Assembly: GCA_007376265.1 (NCBI GenBank)
Contig: VMFW01000010.1
Coordinates: 1,945 to 65,944, forward strand
DNA from: Parcubacteria group bacterium Gr01-1014_20
Lineage (GTDB): Bacteria > Patescibacteriota > Minisyncoccia > UBA6257 > 2-01-FULL-56-20
Reading direction: 5' to 3'
DNA: 64,000 nucleotides
The notes beneath the pieces are model-generated. The model made no database searches. It had not been told where the DNA came from and worked only from the letters and a program-made list of their open reading frames with translations. Within the stretch, counting starts at the first letter, position 1, and each line of letters opens with the position of its first letter. This document shows, piece after piece, positions 19,549-27,760 of this stretch. The position numbers were made by a program, and so were the translations under genes.

Positions 19549-20864
19549 CTACTTTACGTGGTGTTTGGATTTTATTTTGTCTTCTTCTTCGGATTCGTAC
19601 TCGAGTTTGGTTTCTTTGGCTTTTTCGGACATGGCTTTTAATTCTTTTTCGGAGAGCTTACTTAACTCTTTGACGCGAGATTCGAGGTGTTCGCGAGTGT
19701 TTTTTTCGGGATCGTCTAAAACTTCTTCTAGCAAGATGGATAGAATGTAGCCAACTTTGGGACCAGGATCAAGTTTGGCGATCTGCATCACGTCAGCTCC
19801 GTTGACTCTTAACATCTTCGGGGAGATGGGATCGCTTTTGACCTTATCAATCATGAAGAGCAAGTGGCGGAGCTTGTAGGGTACAGCTTTCGGGACGCCG
19901 GAGCCGATGCGATCGGCTTCACGGACTTTGATTAAATCGTCGATATTTTCCGGACTGACGCGGGCGAGAAAACGGCGGACGCCAGCGGCGGTGACTTCGC
20001 CCACGTTGTAGTAGAAGAGATGGTGGCGAACCAAGTGAATTACTTTTTCACCGAAGTCCTTTGGAAAACGTAGGCGATCAACGATTTGGGCAGCAATACG
20101 ACCGCCAACAACTTCGTGGCCATGGAAGGTGGAATCTGGGCCGTCCCCTCTTTTGGTGGCGGGCTTGCCAACATCGTGCAGAAGTGAGGCAAGGCGGACT
20201 AACAATGAATAGTTTTGTTTGGCGGTGTAGGCGAGCGCCCGGACGTTGTGTTCGAAGACGGTGTAGATGTGATGCTTATTTTGCCCGCAACCCAAACCAT
20301 CACGAAGTTCGGGAACTATATTCTTAAGAAGATTGAGTTCCTCGAGAAGAATAATGCCTTCTGCCGCGCCGTCGGCCATCAAGATTTTTATAAATTCATC
20401 GCGGATGCGCTCTTTGGCGATAGTCTCCAAAAGGCCGGCATTTTTTTCGATGGATCGGCGAGTGTTCAGATCGATCTGGAAATTGAGCTCGGTGGCCAAT
20501 CGAACGGCACGCATTAAGCGGAGCGCATCTTCCCCAAATCTCTCATCGGGGATGCCGACGGTTTTGATTATATTTTCTTTTAAATCTTTCTCGCCGCCGT
20601 AAGGATCAATGATTTTGTCGAACTTGCCTTTAGCAAAATTGATGGCCATGGCATTCACGGTAAAATCTCGGCGAGATAAATCTTCTTCAATGCGAAAATT
20701 TTTTGGATTTCTTCTGGCTTAGCGTTAGTGGCAACATCCCAATCCTTTGGATCGCGATTTAATAAAAGATCGCGAACACAACCACCCACCAGATAAGCCT
20801 GGTAACCAGCTTTTTCGAGAGTCTCGGCAACAGATTTTACTTCGTCGGGAACCTCTAGTTTCAT
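19549..20864 (-). pseudogene. cca: CCA tRNA nucleotidyltransferase / HD protein, interrupted by an internal deletion and frameshift near 20690
   Basis: N-terminal VGGCVRD..DWDVAT in one frame and EEDLSRRDFTVNAMA, EDALR, LLHDVGK in another; the intervening conserved segment is absent. Confidence 0.8.
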
Positions 20865-20968
20865 TTATTGCTTAATTGAATTCTAGCGGAAATACCCGTG
20901 AAAATAAACTTGCTTTGAGTTATTGTGGTGATAGACTTTAAGCGGCACTTTAAAAAAAAGGGGGGGGT

Positions 20969-21220
20969 ATGTCATCAAGATGGTTAATGACGGATAGTAC
21001 AAAGCGTTATCTTGACGGCTTAGCGCGTAGCCTTAAAGTGGCTGGAATGGACGAGTTGGCCGTAGAGCTTGGATTTGAAAATGCCCAGGATATGGCGGAT
21101 CGAAACGGATTCGTCAATATCTATGCCTATTTTTCGGCACCCGGGAATGCCGAGCGCTATATCGAAATTGAGTGTGTGTTGATCGAAAAGAGGAAGGGCG
21201 CAGAAGTAGTCCCGATATGA
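20969..21220 (+). CDS. Hypothetical protein
   Basis: G-rich SD-like run before ATG; terminator hairpin AGGCCGTTCC/GGAACGGCCT plus T-tract. Confidence 0.65.
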   Translation: MSSRWLMTDSTKRYLDGLARSLKVAGMDELAVELGFENAQDMADRNGFVNIYAYFSAPGNAERYIEIECVLIEKRKGAEVVPI

Positions 21221-21322
21221 AAAATTACAAACGAGCGAGGCCGTTCCAATGGAACGGCCTTTTTGTTTGCAAAATCCTTGGAGGGTGGTAAATTTTGAGT
21301 AGAAACTCAACAAGGGAGGAAT

Positions 21323-21520
21323 ATGGGTGACGTTCACTATCCGAATATCAAAGAGTGCCCTTGCTGTTACAGGAGGCGCGGAAGAATACGCAGTATCTTA
21401 GGGATGCTCTGGTGGAAGGCTGGTTTTGTGGTTTCGGATCCAAACCGAAGAACCGAAATGGATCGACTGGCTGAGGACAAGCTCGCGCGGATCAACCGGG
21501 GAGAAATTCCCTATTCTTGA
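21323..21520 (+). CDS. Hypothetical protein (CPCC motif)
   Basis: GGGAGG SD before ATG. Confidence 0.6.
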   Translation: MGDVHYPNIKECPCCYRRRGRIRSILGMLWWKAGFVVSDPNRRTEMDRLAEDKLARINRGEIPYS

Positions 21521-21537
21521 AAACTGGAGGAGGAGTG

Positions 21538-21705
21538 ATGCCGACTAAGAAGGCCAAGAAAAAACCGAGAAAAAGCAGGCGGCGAAAATCTAAAGTGCAG
21601 GAAGCGCTTACAGAGCTTGCGGACGCAACTCGGAAAAGCGGTGCCAAGTCGATGTTTATCAAAAAACCAACCATCAGGAAGAAGGATCAGGGAACCAGAG
21701 AGTAG
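21538..21705 (+). CDS. Hypothetical basic protein
   Basis: GGAGGAGG SD; Lys/Arg-rich. Confidence 0.55.
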   Translation: MPTKKAKKKPRKSRRRKSKVQEALTELADATRKSGAKSMFIKKPTIRKKDQGTRE

Positions 21706-21727
21706 TGGAAAGTGAGGTGAGTTCATT

Positions 21728-21910
21728 ATGCCTTTTGTGACTGCAATTGCCTCGAGCCAAAGGGGTGAGCTAGCGGTTTTCACACTGCCGGATGATGAGG
21801 CGCGTGACCTAGCTAATCTTCTCGGAGTGAAGTGGGCGGAAGACGAAATGTCATCCAGCTTGAGCATCATGAAGATCAGCATGAAGAGGTGTGACCTCAA
21901 GAAATCATAG
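21728..21910 (+). CDS. Hypothetical protein
   Basis: GAGGTGA SD; terminator AAGCCGG...CCGGCTTTTT follows. Confidence 0.55.
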   Translation: MPFVTAIASSQRGELAVFTLPDDEARDLANLLGVKWAEDEMSSSLSIMKISMKRCDLKKS

Positions 21911-21976
21911 TCACCGACAAGCCGGTCTGCGGAAACCGGCTTTTTGTTTGCCGATTCAAGCGATACAATTTACCTG

Positions 21977-22855
21977 ATGGCACTTTTGGGGATCTTCTTT
22001 GCGGTCGCAGCACTTGTTTCCTGGGGATTTGGGGATTTTTTTATTCAGCGAGCGACCCGTCAGATTGGGGTTTGGCGAACTTTGTTTTTTATAGATTTCG
22101 CGGCGGCTCTCTTTTTTCTTCCTTTTATATATGAAGAGATCGGGCCAACGTTTTCTAACGGGCGCGGAATGTTTCTTCTCACTGCCGCGGGGTTAGTGAT
22201 TTTTTTAGCGGCGCTCCTGATTTTTAAGTCATACAAAGACGGAAAGTTGGCGATAGTTGAACCCATACTAGCGTTCGAGTTGCCCGTGGTGGTGGCTTTA
22301 GGAATTTTCACGTGGGGTGAAAAACTAAGCGTGATAGAAATTCTTTTGATTGGGTCGGTTTTTCTTGGAATAGTGCTCGCGATTACAAAACACCACACTC
22401 ATCTGCATTACCATAAACGAATTTTTGAGCGTGGTGTGGTGTGGGCGGTTTTGGGAGCAATCGTGATGGGGCTCGGGAGTTTTTTGCTAGGAGTTTCGAG
22501 CCAAGAAACATCTCCCCTCTTTACCATGTGGTATACGAGCTTAATCAGTGTGATTCTTTGCCTTTTCTACATGGTTCCCAAAGGCGAAGTTAAAAAATTG
22601 ATAAACGACTTAAGAGCGCACAAAAAATCAGTGATTAGTCAGGTGATTTTAGACAACGCGGCATGGACTTTTTACGCATTTTCAATGACTTTAATTCCGA
22701 TCTCGATTGCGACCACCATTTCTGAAAGCTACATTGCGCTCTCGGTTGTGCTTGGAATTGTGGTGAATCATGAGAAAATCCAGAGGCATCAAAAAATTGG
22801 AGTGGCCCTCGCGATAGCGGGGGTTATTTTCTTAGGGATGGTGACGGGTAAATAA
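21977..22855 (+). CDS. DMT/EamA family transporter
   Basis: About 10 TM segments in two repeats, WGFGDF, GEKL and HEKI motifs. Confidence 0.88.
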   Translation: MALLGIFFAVAALVSWGFGDFFIQRATRQIGVWRTLFFIDFAAALFFLPFIYEEIGPTFSNGRGMFLLTAAGLVIFLAALLIFKSYKDGKLAIVEPILAFELPVVVALGIFTWGEKLSVIEILLIGSVFLGIVLAITKHHTHLHYHKRIFERGVVWAVLGAIVMGLGSFLLGVSSQETSPLFTMWYTSLISVILCLFYMVPKGEVKKLINDLRAHKKSVISQVILDNAAWTFYAFSMTLIPISIATTISESYIALSVVLGIVVNHEKIQRHQKIGVALAIAGVIFLGMVTGK

Positions 22856-22905
22856 AAAGCTCCGATCGAGGTGATCGGAGCCGATATTGAATCTAAACCA
22901 CAGAA

Positions 22906-23520
22906 TCAGCCTCCATCCCCTAGCCCACCCAATCTTCCGGTGCGGGTTTTTTTTATTGAAGGGGGCGGGGTTGATTTTTTACAGACTCTTTCGATAATTT
23001 CAATCTCAGCGGCTGGCTTGGTAACGGTCGTAACAACTAAGACTTCAGCGCTTTCGGAGTAGTGAAAATCTCCTCGGGAGTAGATGACGGCTTTGATCAT
23101 ATAAAAACCGGCGAAATCGCAGTCGGGCGGGCCAAGGTCGCTGTTCCAAATAACACTAGGATTTGAGTCGTGGAGAAGTTCGAGATGCGTTTGCAGCTCG
23201 ATTCTTCCATGTCGGGGACAGGGGTCATCGATATAGAAGTAACTTACACAACCAGCGTCTTCGGATGCCTCAAAGACCCAAACCACGGAATCAATGCCGA
23301 ATTTCTTTTCGATCTCGCGCACATCGCTTGGAGCTAGAGAAATTTCGATAGTTCCCATTACAACCGTGATATCTCCGTTGGGACAGTCGAAAGTGGTACT
23401 GGGAGCCACAATCGGATGATAGGGAATAACGTTCGCATACTCCATTCGAGAGTCCGATGACTGATTAACCACCAGCGCCGAGATGATTGCAATAAACGCA
23501 ATCAAGACGATTCTTTTCAT
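22906..23520 (-). CDS. Hypothetical secreted protein
   Basis: AAGGAGG SD, signal peptide, open 204-aa frame. Confidence 0.7.
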   Translation of the reverse strand: MKRIVLIAFIAIISALVVNQSSDSRMEYANVIPYHPIVAPSTTFDCPNGDITVVMGTIEISLAPSDVREIEKKFGIDSVVWVFEASEDAGCVSYFYIDDPCPRHGRIELQTHLELLHDSNPSVIWNSDLGPPDCDFAGFYMIKAVIYSRGDFHYSESAEVLVVTTVTKPAAEIEIIERVCKKSTPPPSIKKTRTGRLGGLGDGG

Positions 23521-23610
23521 GCACCCTCCTTGGGCTAAGAGTGAGATGTTGTTTCAGACAGAAATCTTAATCTACTACGGATATACTAGTTTTTTGGAGG
23601 GAGAAGTCAA

Positions 23611-24753
23611 TTACCTTACGTCGGCGTCAAATTGCTTTTTAGTTTCTTCGATAACTTTATCCTGAACGGGTTCGATTTCGTCGATGGTGAGGGTACGTTC
23701 GTTAGAGCGATAGATGATTCGATAAGTGTAGCTGATTTTATCCCCGCCGAATTTTTCGGCGTTTTCATATTTATCTAAAAGAGAAACTTCCTCGACGAGG
23801 TTGCCGCCGAGGTCGCGGATTAAATCGAAGTAGTCGTTGGGCGCGAAATCATTTTTAACCACAAAAGAAATATCGCGGGTGATGGGCGGGAATTTGCTGA
23901 CTTCTTTGAAGTGGGTCCCAAGTTTCAATTGGCGTTTGACGCGATCGTCTTCAGACCACAGCAAACGAATATCAGGCAGGTTCATACTTAAAATCGCCAA
24001 GCGTTCTAAACCGAAACCGAAAGCCCAGCCGTTATAGATCTTGGAGTCCACGCCTAGGTTATCTAAGACGCTAGAGTGAGCCACGCCGCTCCCCAAAACT
24101 TCAACCCAGCGGCCATCGATTTCAATTTCCATCTCTAAACTGGGATCGGTGTACGGGAAGGTGTCTTTATTGAAACGATACTTGATATTAGAACCGAAAA
24201 TGGACTGGGCGATTTTAATTAAAATGTCTTGTAGTTCTTTGACGCCAAGCTCTTGCTCGCTACGCTTACAGATATAGAGGCCGTCCATCTGATGAAAGAC
24301 GTTCATGTGATTGCGGTCAATTTCGTCCTTGCGATAGACCTTGCCATATGAAAGAAGACCGAGGGTTTCGCCTTTTTTCACCCTTCCTCTAATTTCGGGA
24401 AGGGTGAGGTAGTAGTACCACATGATGGTGGTGTGAGTGCGAAGAATGTAGTTATCGTTTAAGTAGTAGGTATCGGAATGACTGCGGGCTGGGTGATCGG
24501 CGGGGAAATTGAAAAGATCGAAACTTTCTTTAACTGGGACGATTTCGGGGTCTTTGATGACGTCAAAATCCTGGAAATCGGGAATGGCTAAGATTCTCTT
24601 TACAAGTTCGTGAATGGGGCTCTCCTCTTTGCGCGAGAGGTCCGGCATTTTCAAAAATCTTTTTAGTCGTTCGGACTCTGGGTCGGTGCGTTTTTCGAGC
24701 CCGGAGAGAAGTTCTTTTTCTTCCTTAGACTCAACGATTATTTCTTGGCGCAT
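23611..24753 (-). CDS. pheS: Phenylalanyl-tRNA synthetase, alpha catalytic domain fused to the FDX-ACB anticodon-binding domain
   Basis: HPAR..DTYY, LRTHTT, VYRKDEID..H..VFHQMDG, FPYTDPS.E, AFGFGLERLA, then FP.ITRDISF...KISYTYRIIYRS.ERTLT. Confidence 0.92.
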   Translation of the reverse strand: MRQEIIVESKEEKELLSGLEKRTDPESERLKRFLKMPDLSRKEESPIHELVKRILAIPDFQDFDVIKDPEIVPVKESFDLFNFPADHPARSHSDTYYLNDNYILRTHTTIMWYYYLTLPEIRGRVKKGETLGLLSYGKVYRKDEIDRNHMNVFHQMDGLYICKRSEQELGVKELQDILIKIAQSIFGSNIKYRFNKDTFPYTDPSLEMEIEIDGRWVEVLGSGVAHSSVLDNLGVDSKIYNGWAFGFGLERLAILSMNLPDIRLLWSEDDRVKRQLKLGTHFKEVSKFPPITRDISFVVKNDFAPNDYFDLIRDLGGNLVEEVSLLDKYENAEKFGGDKISYTYRIIYRSNERTLTIDEIEPVQDKVIEETKKQFDADVR

Positions 24754-24799
24754 AGTAAAGGTATCTTAACTAAGTGACCAAAAAAAATCAAAAAGCCGC

Positions 24800-25297
24800 T
24801 TACGAGATTTTCTCGTAAGCGGCTTGGGGAACTTTACTTTCTGGGCTGGGAGCCAAGAGGAGGCGGGCCCGATCTAGGATCCAGCCGTAAATCCAACCAG
24901 TGGCCATACTCCAGATTAAAAACATGAGCGATGCGGCTCCAATTTGGCGCCCGGAAACCTGGAAGATGATAGCGCAGAGGATGTAGATCGGAATTTTGTA
25001 GAGCGAGAGGGAGAGGCCTTCGGCAATGGATTTGCGAACAATGTGTTCGGATGTGCCGAGAAGAAAGGCTCTCAATTGATTGGTGAGCTTCCCGCAAATT
25101 CTCGCCCCAGGAACAGCCAGGAGAATATAGAGAAGGCGAACCTTCCAGAACTGTTCGATCTTAACATCGAGGATCCAGACTTCACTCACGAGAGTGACGA
25201 TGCCACCAATGATGATGCCGTAGACAACAAAAGCAATCGTGTCGGCGGCGATGTACTTCAAGGCCATCCTCCTTAGTTCGCGGACTGTTTCTATCAA
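24800..25297 (-). CDS. Membrane protein, AlaE (L-alanine exporter)-like
   Basis: DTIAFVVY...EQ...RLL pattern, four TM segments; AAGGAGG before TTG. Confidence 0.55.
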   Translation of the reverse strand: MIETVRELRRMALKYIAADTIAFVVYGIIIGGIVTLVSEVWILDVKIEQFWKVRLLYILLAVPGARICGKLTNQLRAFLLGTSEHIVRKSIAEGLSLSLYKIPIYILCAIIFQVSGRQIGAASLMFLIWSMATGWIYGWILDRARLLLAPSPESKVPQAAYEKIS

Positions 25298-25397
25298 GTG
25301 ACCCTCCTTGGAAATTCACTGGTACCAAAAGACAATGAGCTCCTGCGATGTTACAGGAAAATGGTCTATAAAGCAATCTAAGATTCTTGAATCTTAA

Positions 25398-26087
25398 CTA
25401 GGGGTTAATTAGCTCGTAGGCAACGATTTTTAGATTGTTTTTGTAACTAGTATCGTAGGTCCCGTCGAATTTATAATCTTTGGGAATTTGGATTGAAAAC
25501 CTGTAATTTAGTCCCCTGGTCAGTTCTTTGGGGTTGTGGATAAAAGCAACGAGTTGGTTATCGTTGATCTGATAACTCTTGGCGGTGGGGATGTTTTTGC
25601 CCTGCATTAAAAAAACGTGAGGTTCCAGACAGGTGGCGCAGAACTTGCCGGTTGGGCATGGTGGACATTCGTAGATACTGCGAACCTGGGCTTCGGTGTT
25701 GTAGGTTCCTTCTAGCAAGCTGATGGTGTTGATTTGCCGAATGGTATAGAGAGGCAAGCTGGCTTGGGGTTTTGGGAGTGAAAGAACACAGATGCCCGAA
25801 AGGCACTTGGGGTTCGGTGTTTCACAAGATGAGGTTTTCGCGTAGTCTGGGCAAAATTTTATCGCTCCCTTTTCATATCTAGGTAGAGAGAATTTATTGA
25901 GAGCGGTTCCACAGTGGTCGCAGTTTTTAGCGATAACGACACAATCAATATCTGAGAGACACGCCTGGTCGTCCGGATTGATGCTCACGATTTCTTCAGG
26001 GAAGATCTTTTCCTTGGATAAAAAAATAAAACCAGATGTACCCGCGAGGACACATACAACAGAGATAAACAAAATTCTTTTTTTCAC
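25398..26087 (-). CDS. Hypothetical Cys-rich exported protein
   Basis: N-terminal anchor; C..D.DC, CPPCP...C..C motifs. Confidence 0.75.
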   Translation of the reverse strand: MKKRILFISVVCVLAGTSGFIFLSKEKIFPEEIVSINPDDQACLSDIDCVVIAKNCDHCGTALNKFSLPRYEKGAIKFCPDYAKTSSCETPNPKCLSGICVLSLPKPQASLPLYTIRQINTISLLEGTYNTEAQVRSIYECPPCPTGKFCATCLEPHVFLMQGKNIPTAKSYQINDNQLVAFIHNPKELTRGLNYRFSIQIPKDYKFDGTYDTSYKNNLKIVAYELINP

Positions 26088-26100
26088 GATTTTTATTTTT

Positions 26101-26265
26101 GTATGTGGCTGGGGTGGGGAATCTCACGTCGCCTCGCATTCGCGAGACTCTTTCAAAACCCTCGGTTTTGAATTATTTCCGACACGGGGAAAACTTTCCT
26201 TTTCCCCGACCCCCTTTTGCGTTCGATCCTCAGCCAATAAAGTTTTTTTGGGGGGGATGGTCTTG
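26101..26265 (-). mobile_element. tRNA-anchored structured element with duplicate of the tRNA 3' end (copy 1)
   Basis: 20-bp perfect direct repeat 26101-26120 = 26266-26285; core homologous to 56883-57038. Confidence 0.7.
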
Positions 26266-26270
26266 GTATG

Positions 26271-26344
26271 TGGCTGGGGTGGGGATCGAACCCACGACCT
26301 TAGCGTTATGAGTGCTACGCTCTAACCAACTGAGCTACCCAGCC
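26271..26344 (-). tRNA. tRNA with CAT anticodon (elongator Met or Ile2)
   Basis: Canonical cloverleaf GGCTGGG...CCCAGCC-A, loop CT-CAT-AA; CCA not encoded. Confidence 0.92.
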
Positions 26345-26376
26345 GTCAGATAAATTTTTATCATTAAAAGGCGTTT

Positions 26377-26405
26377 TTGACAATTCAGACTCTAAAAACT
26401 ATAAT
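26377..26405 (+). promoter_or_regulatory. Sigma70 promoter of the initiator-like tRNA
   Basis: Perfect TTGACA-N17-TATAAT ending 5 nt before the tRNA. Confidence 0.85.
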
Positions 26406-26410
26406 TCGCA

Positions 26411-26482
26411 CGCGGGTTGGTGGAAGAGTTACCATAGGAGCCCCATAAGCTTCAGGAGTCGGTGCGAGTCCGGCACCCGCAA
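26411..26482 (+). tRNA. Atypical initiator-like tRNA-Met(CAT)
   Basis: CGCGGGT acceptor with C1xA72 mismatch, all four stems pair, loop CC-CAT-AA, T-loop TGCGAGT. Confidence 0.75.
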
Positions 26483-26490
26483 CACGCTTC

Positions 26491-26624
26491 GGTTTTCTCT
26501 TTTTAAGGGACGGCTCGCACTTTTCCGGCGAAAGTGCGGCCTGTATCTCACCGCTATGGTCCCGATCTATTATCGGGACACCAAGCCATAGCGCTTCCGA
26601 TAACCCCTTAAAAAGAGAAAGCCT
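26491..26624 (+). repeat. Multi-branch structured element, family 2 copy A
   Basis: 19-bp closing stem, two internal arms, linkers TGTATCTC and TCCGATA shared with 59805-59942. Confidence 0.7.
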
Positions 26625-26683
26625 CCGCTATCCAATTGGAATTTATAAAAAAGCCCCAGACTCGTGTCGGGGCTTTTGGAAAT

Positions 26684-27640
26684 TTAGCTTTCTGAAGTGA
26701 CTCTCTTCACAGGCATAAGATTGATGGCCGCGGGATGGGCTCGGTTAGGGCGATAATATTTAAAGACGGTGACTCCGCCAATCACGACGGCTTTTTTCTC
26801 GATGAGCCCCTTGTCAGCAATAGCTCCCATAGCGGCTTCTAAATCTTCCTTGGTGTATATCTCTCCCCACTGATCAATGATGCCTTTCCAGGCTAAGTTG
26901 ATAATGTGACGAAAAGGATATTGGTTTCTTTCGGGCGTGGTGAGTTCAAAGACTTTCCGAACGACAACCTTGATGAAAGCAATGGCTTGTCTGGTCTCCT
27001 CATGAAGACTGGTTTCACCCCTTGCGACTAGTTCGAGAATCCTAGAAAATTCCCGTTTGCGGGAATCGAACAAGAGGGTCTCTCCACCGCCGTCCTTATC
27101 GTTTATTTTATCTCCCAGATCAGATGGGCGAAGAATAATAACTTCTTTATCCATGTCCTCGATGGGGTGGATAAAGTTGGGATCTTTAAAATCACTGTCG
27201 TCGCTAACCACAATAATCTTTTTTACCAGGGAATTTCTGGCAAGAGATAACCCAGACGATTTGAGATAGGAATCAACCTGATCGCGATCCTTTAGCCCTC
27301 TCGGACAAATCACCACTTTGAAACCAGCGTTATTGAGAGAGTTTATCAACCGAACTTTTCCCTCAAATTCGGGATGAGCTTCCTCGTCGAAAAGTTGGGC
27401 AGACAAGAAAACCTCAGCGAAAGCTACCGTCCCAAAGCTTCGACAATAATCCCTTAGCTTCGTGAAGGAAACTTTATAGCTGGCTTCGCTAGCACACAGA
27501 ACGACGTTGTCGAAGTCCACCAGGATTGCGACTAAATTGTTACTATCGGTACCGTTTTCGGTCTTTGAATCGCCGGGGGTTCCGATCTTAGCGACTTTAG
27601 GAAAAAGCCAGGCGACAAATCTATCAGCAATATTGCTCAC
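26684..27640 (-). CDS. NYN (LabA/DUF88-like PIN fold) domain protein
   Basis: ILVDFDNV, D.VD, VVSDDSDF acidic motifs; AAGGAGG before GTG. Confidence 0.8.
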   Translation of the reverse strand: MSNIADRFVAWLFPKVAKIGTPGDSKTENGTDSNNLVAILVDFDNVVLCASEASYKVSFTKLRDYCRSFGTVAFAEVFLSAQLFDEEAHPEFEGKVRLINSLNNAGFKVVICPRGLKDRDQVDSYLKSSGLSLARNSLVKKIIVVSDDSDFKDPNFIHPIEDMDKEVIILRPSDLGDKINDKDGGGETLLFDSRKREFSRILELVARGETSLHEETRQAIAFIKVVVRKVFELTTPERNQYPFRHIINLAWKGIIDQWGEIYTKEDLEAAMGAIADKGLIEKKAVVIGGVTVFKYYRPNRAHPAAINLMPVKRVTSES

Positions 27641-27760
27641 ACTCGAGCCTCCTTTTTGATTTTCCAGTTGTATAAGAACCGTAGGGAAGAATAAATTTTT
27701 TTCTTTCTTTTGTCAATTCGAGGTTTAATTATATGAGGATTTGTGTTAGAAAAAACATAG

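Noticed and set aside
25897-26325. ORFs with the repeated peptides YVAGVG / VCGWGG
   Set aside because: By-products of the tRNA 3'-end duplication, antisense to the tRNA.
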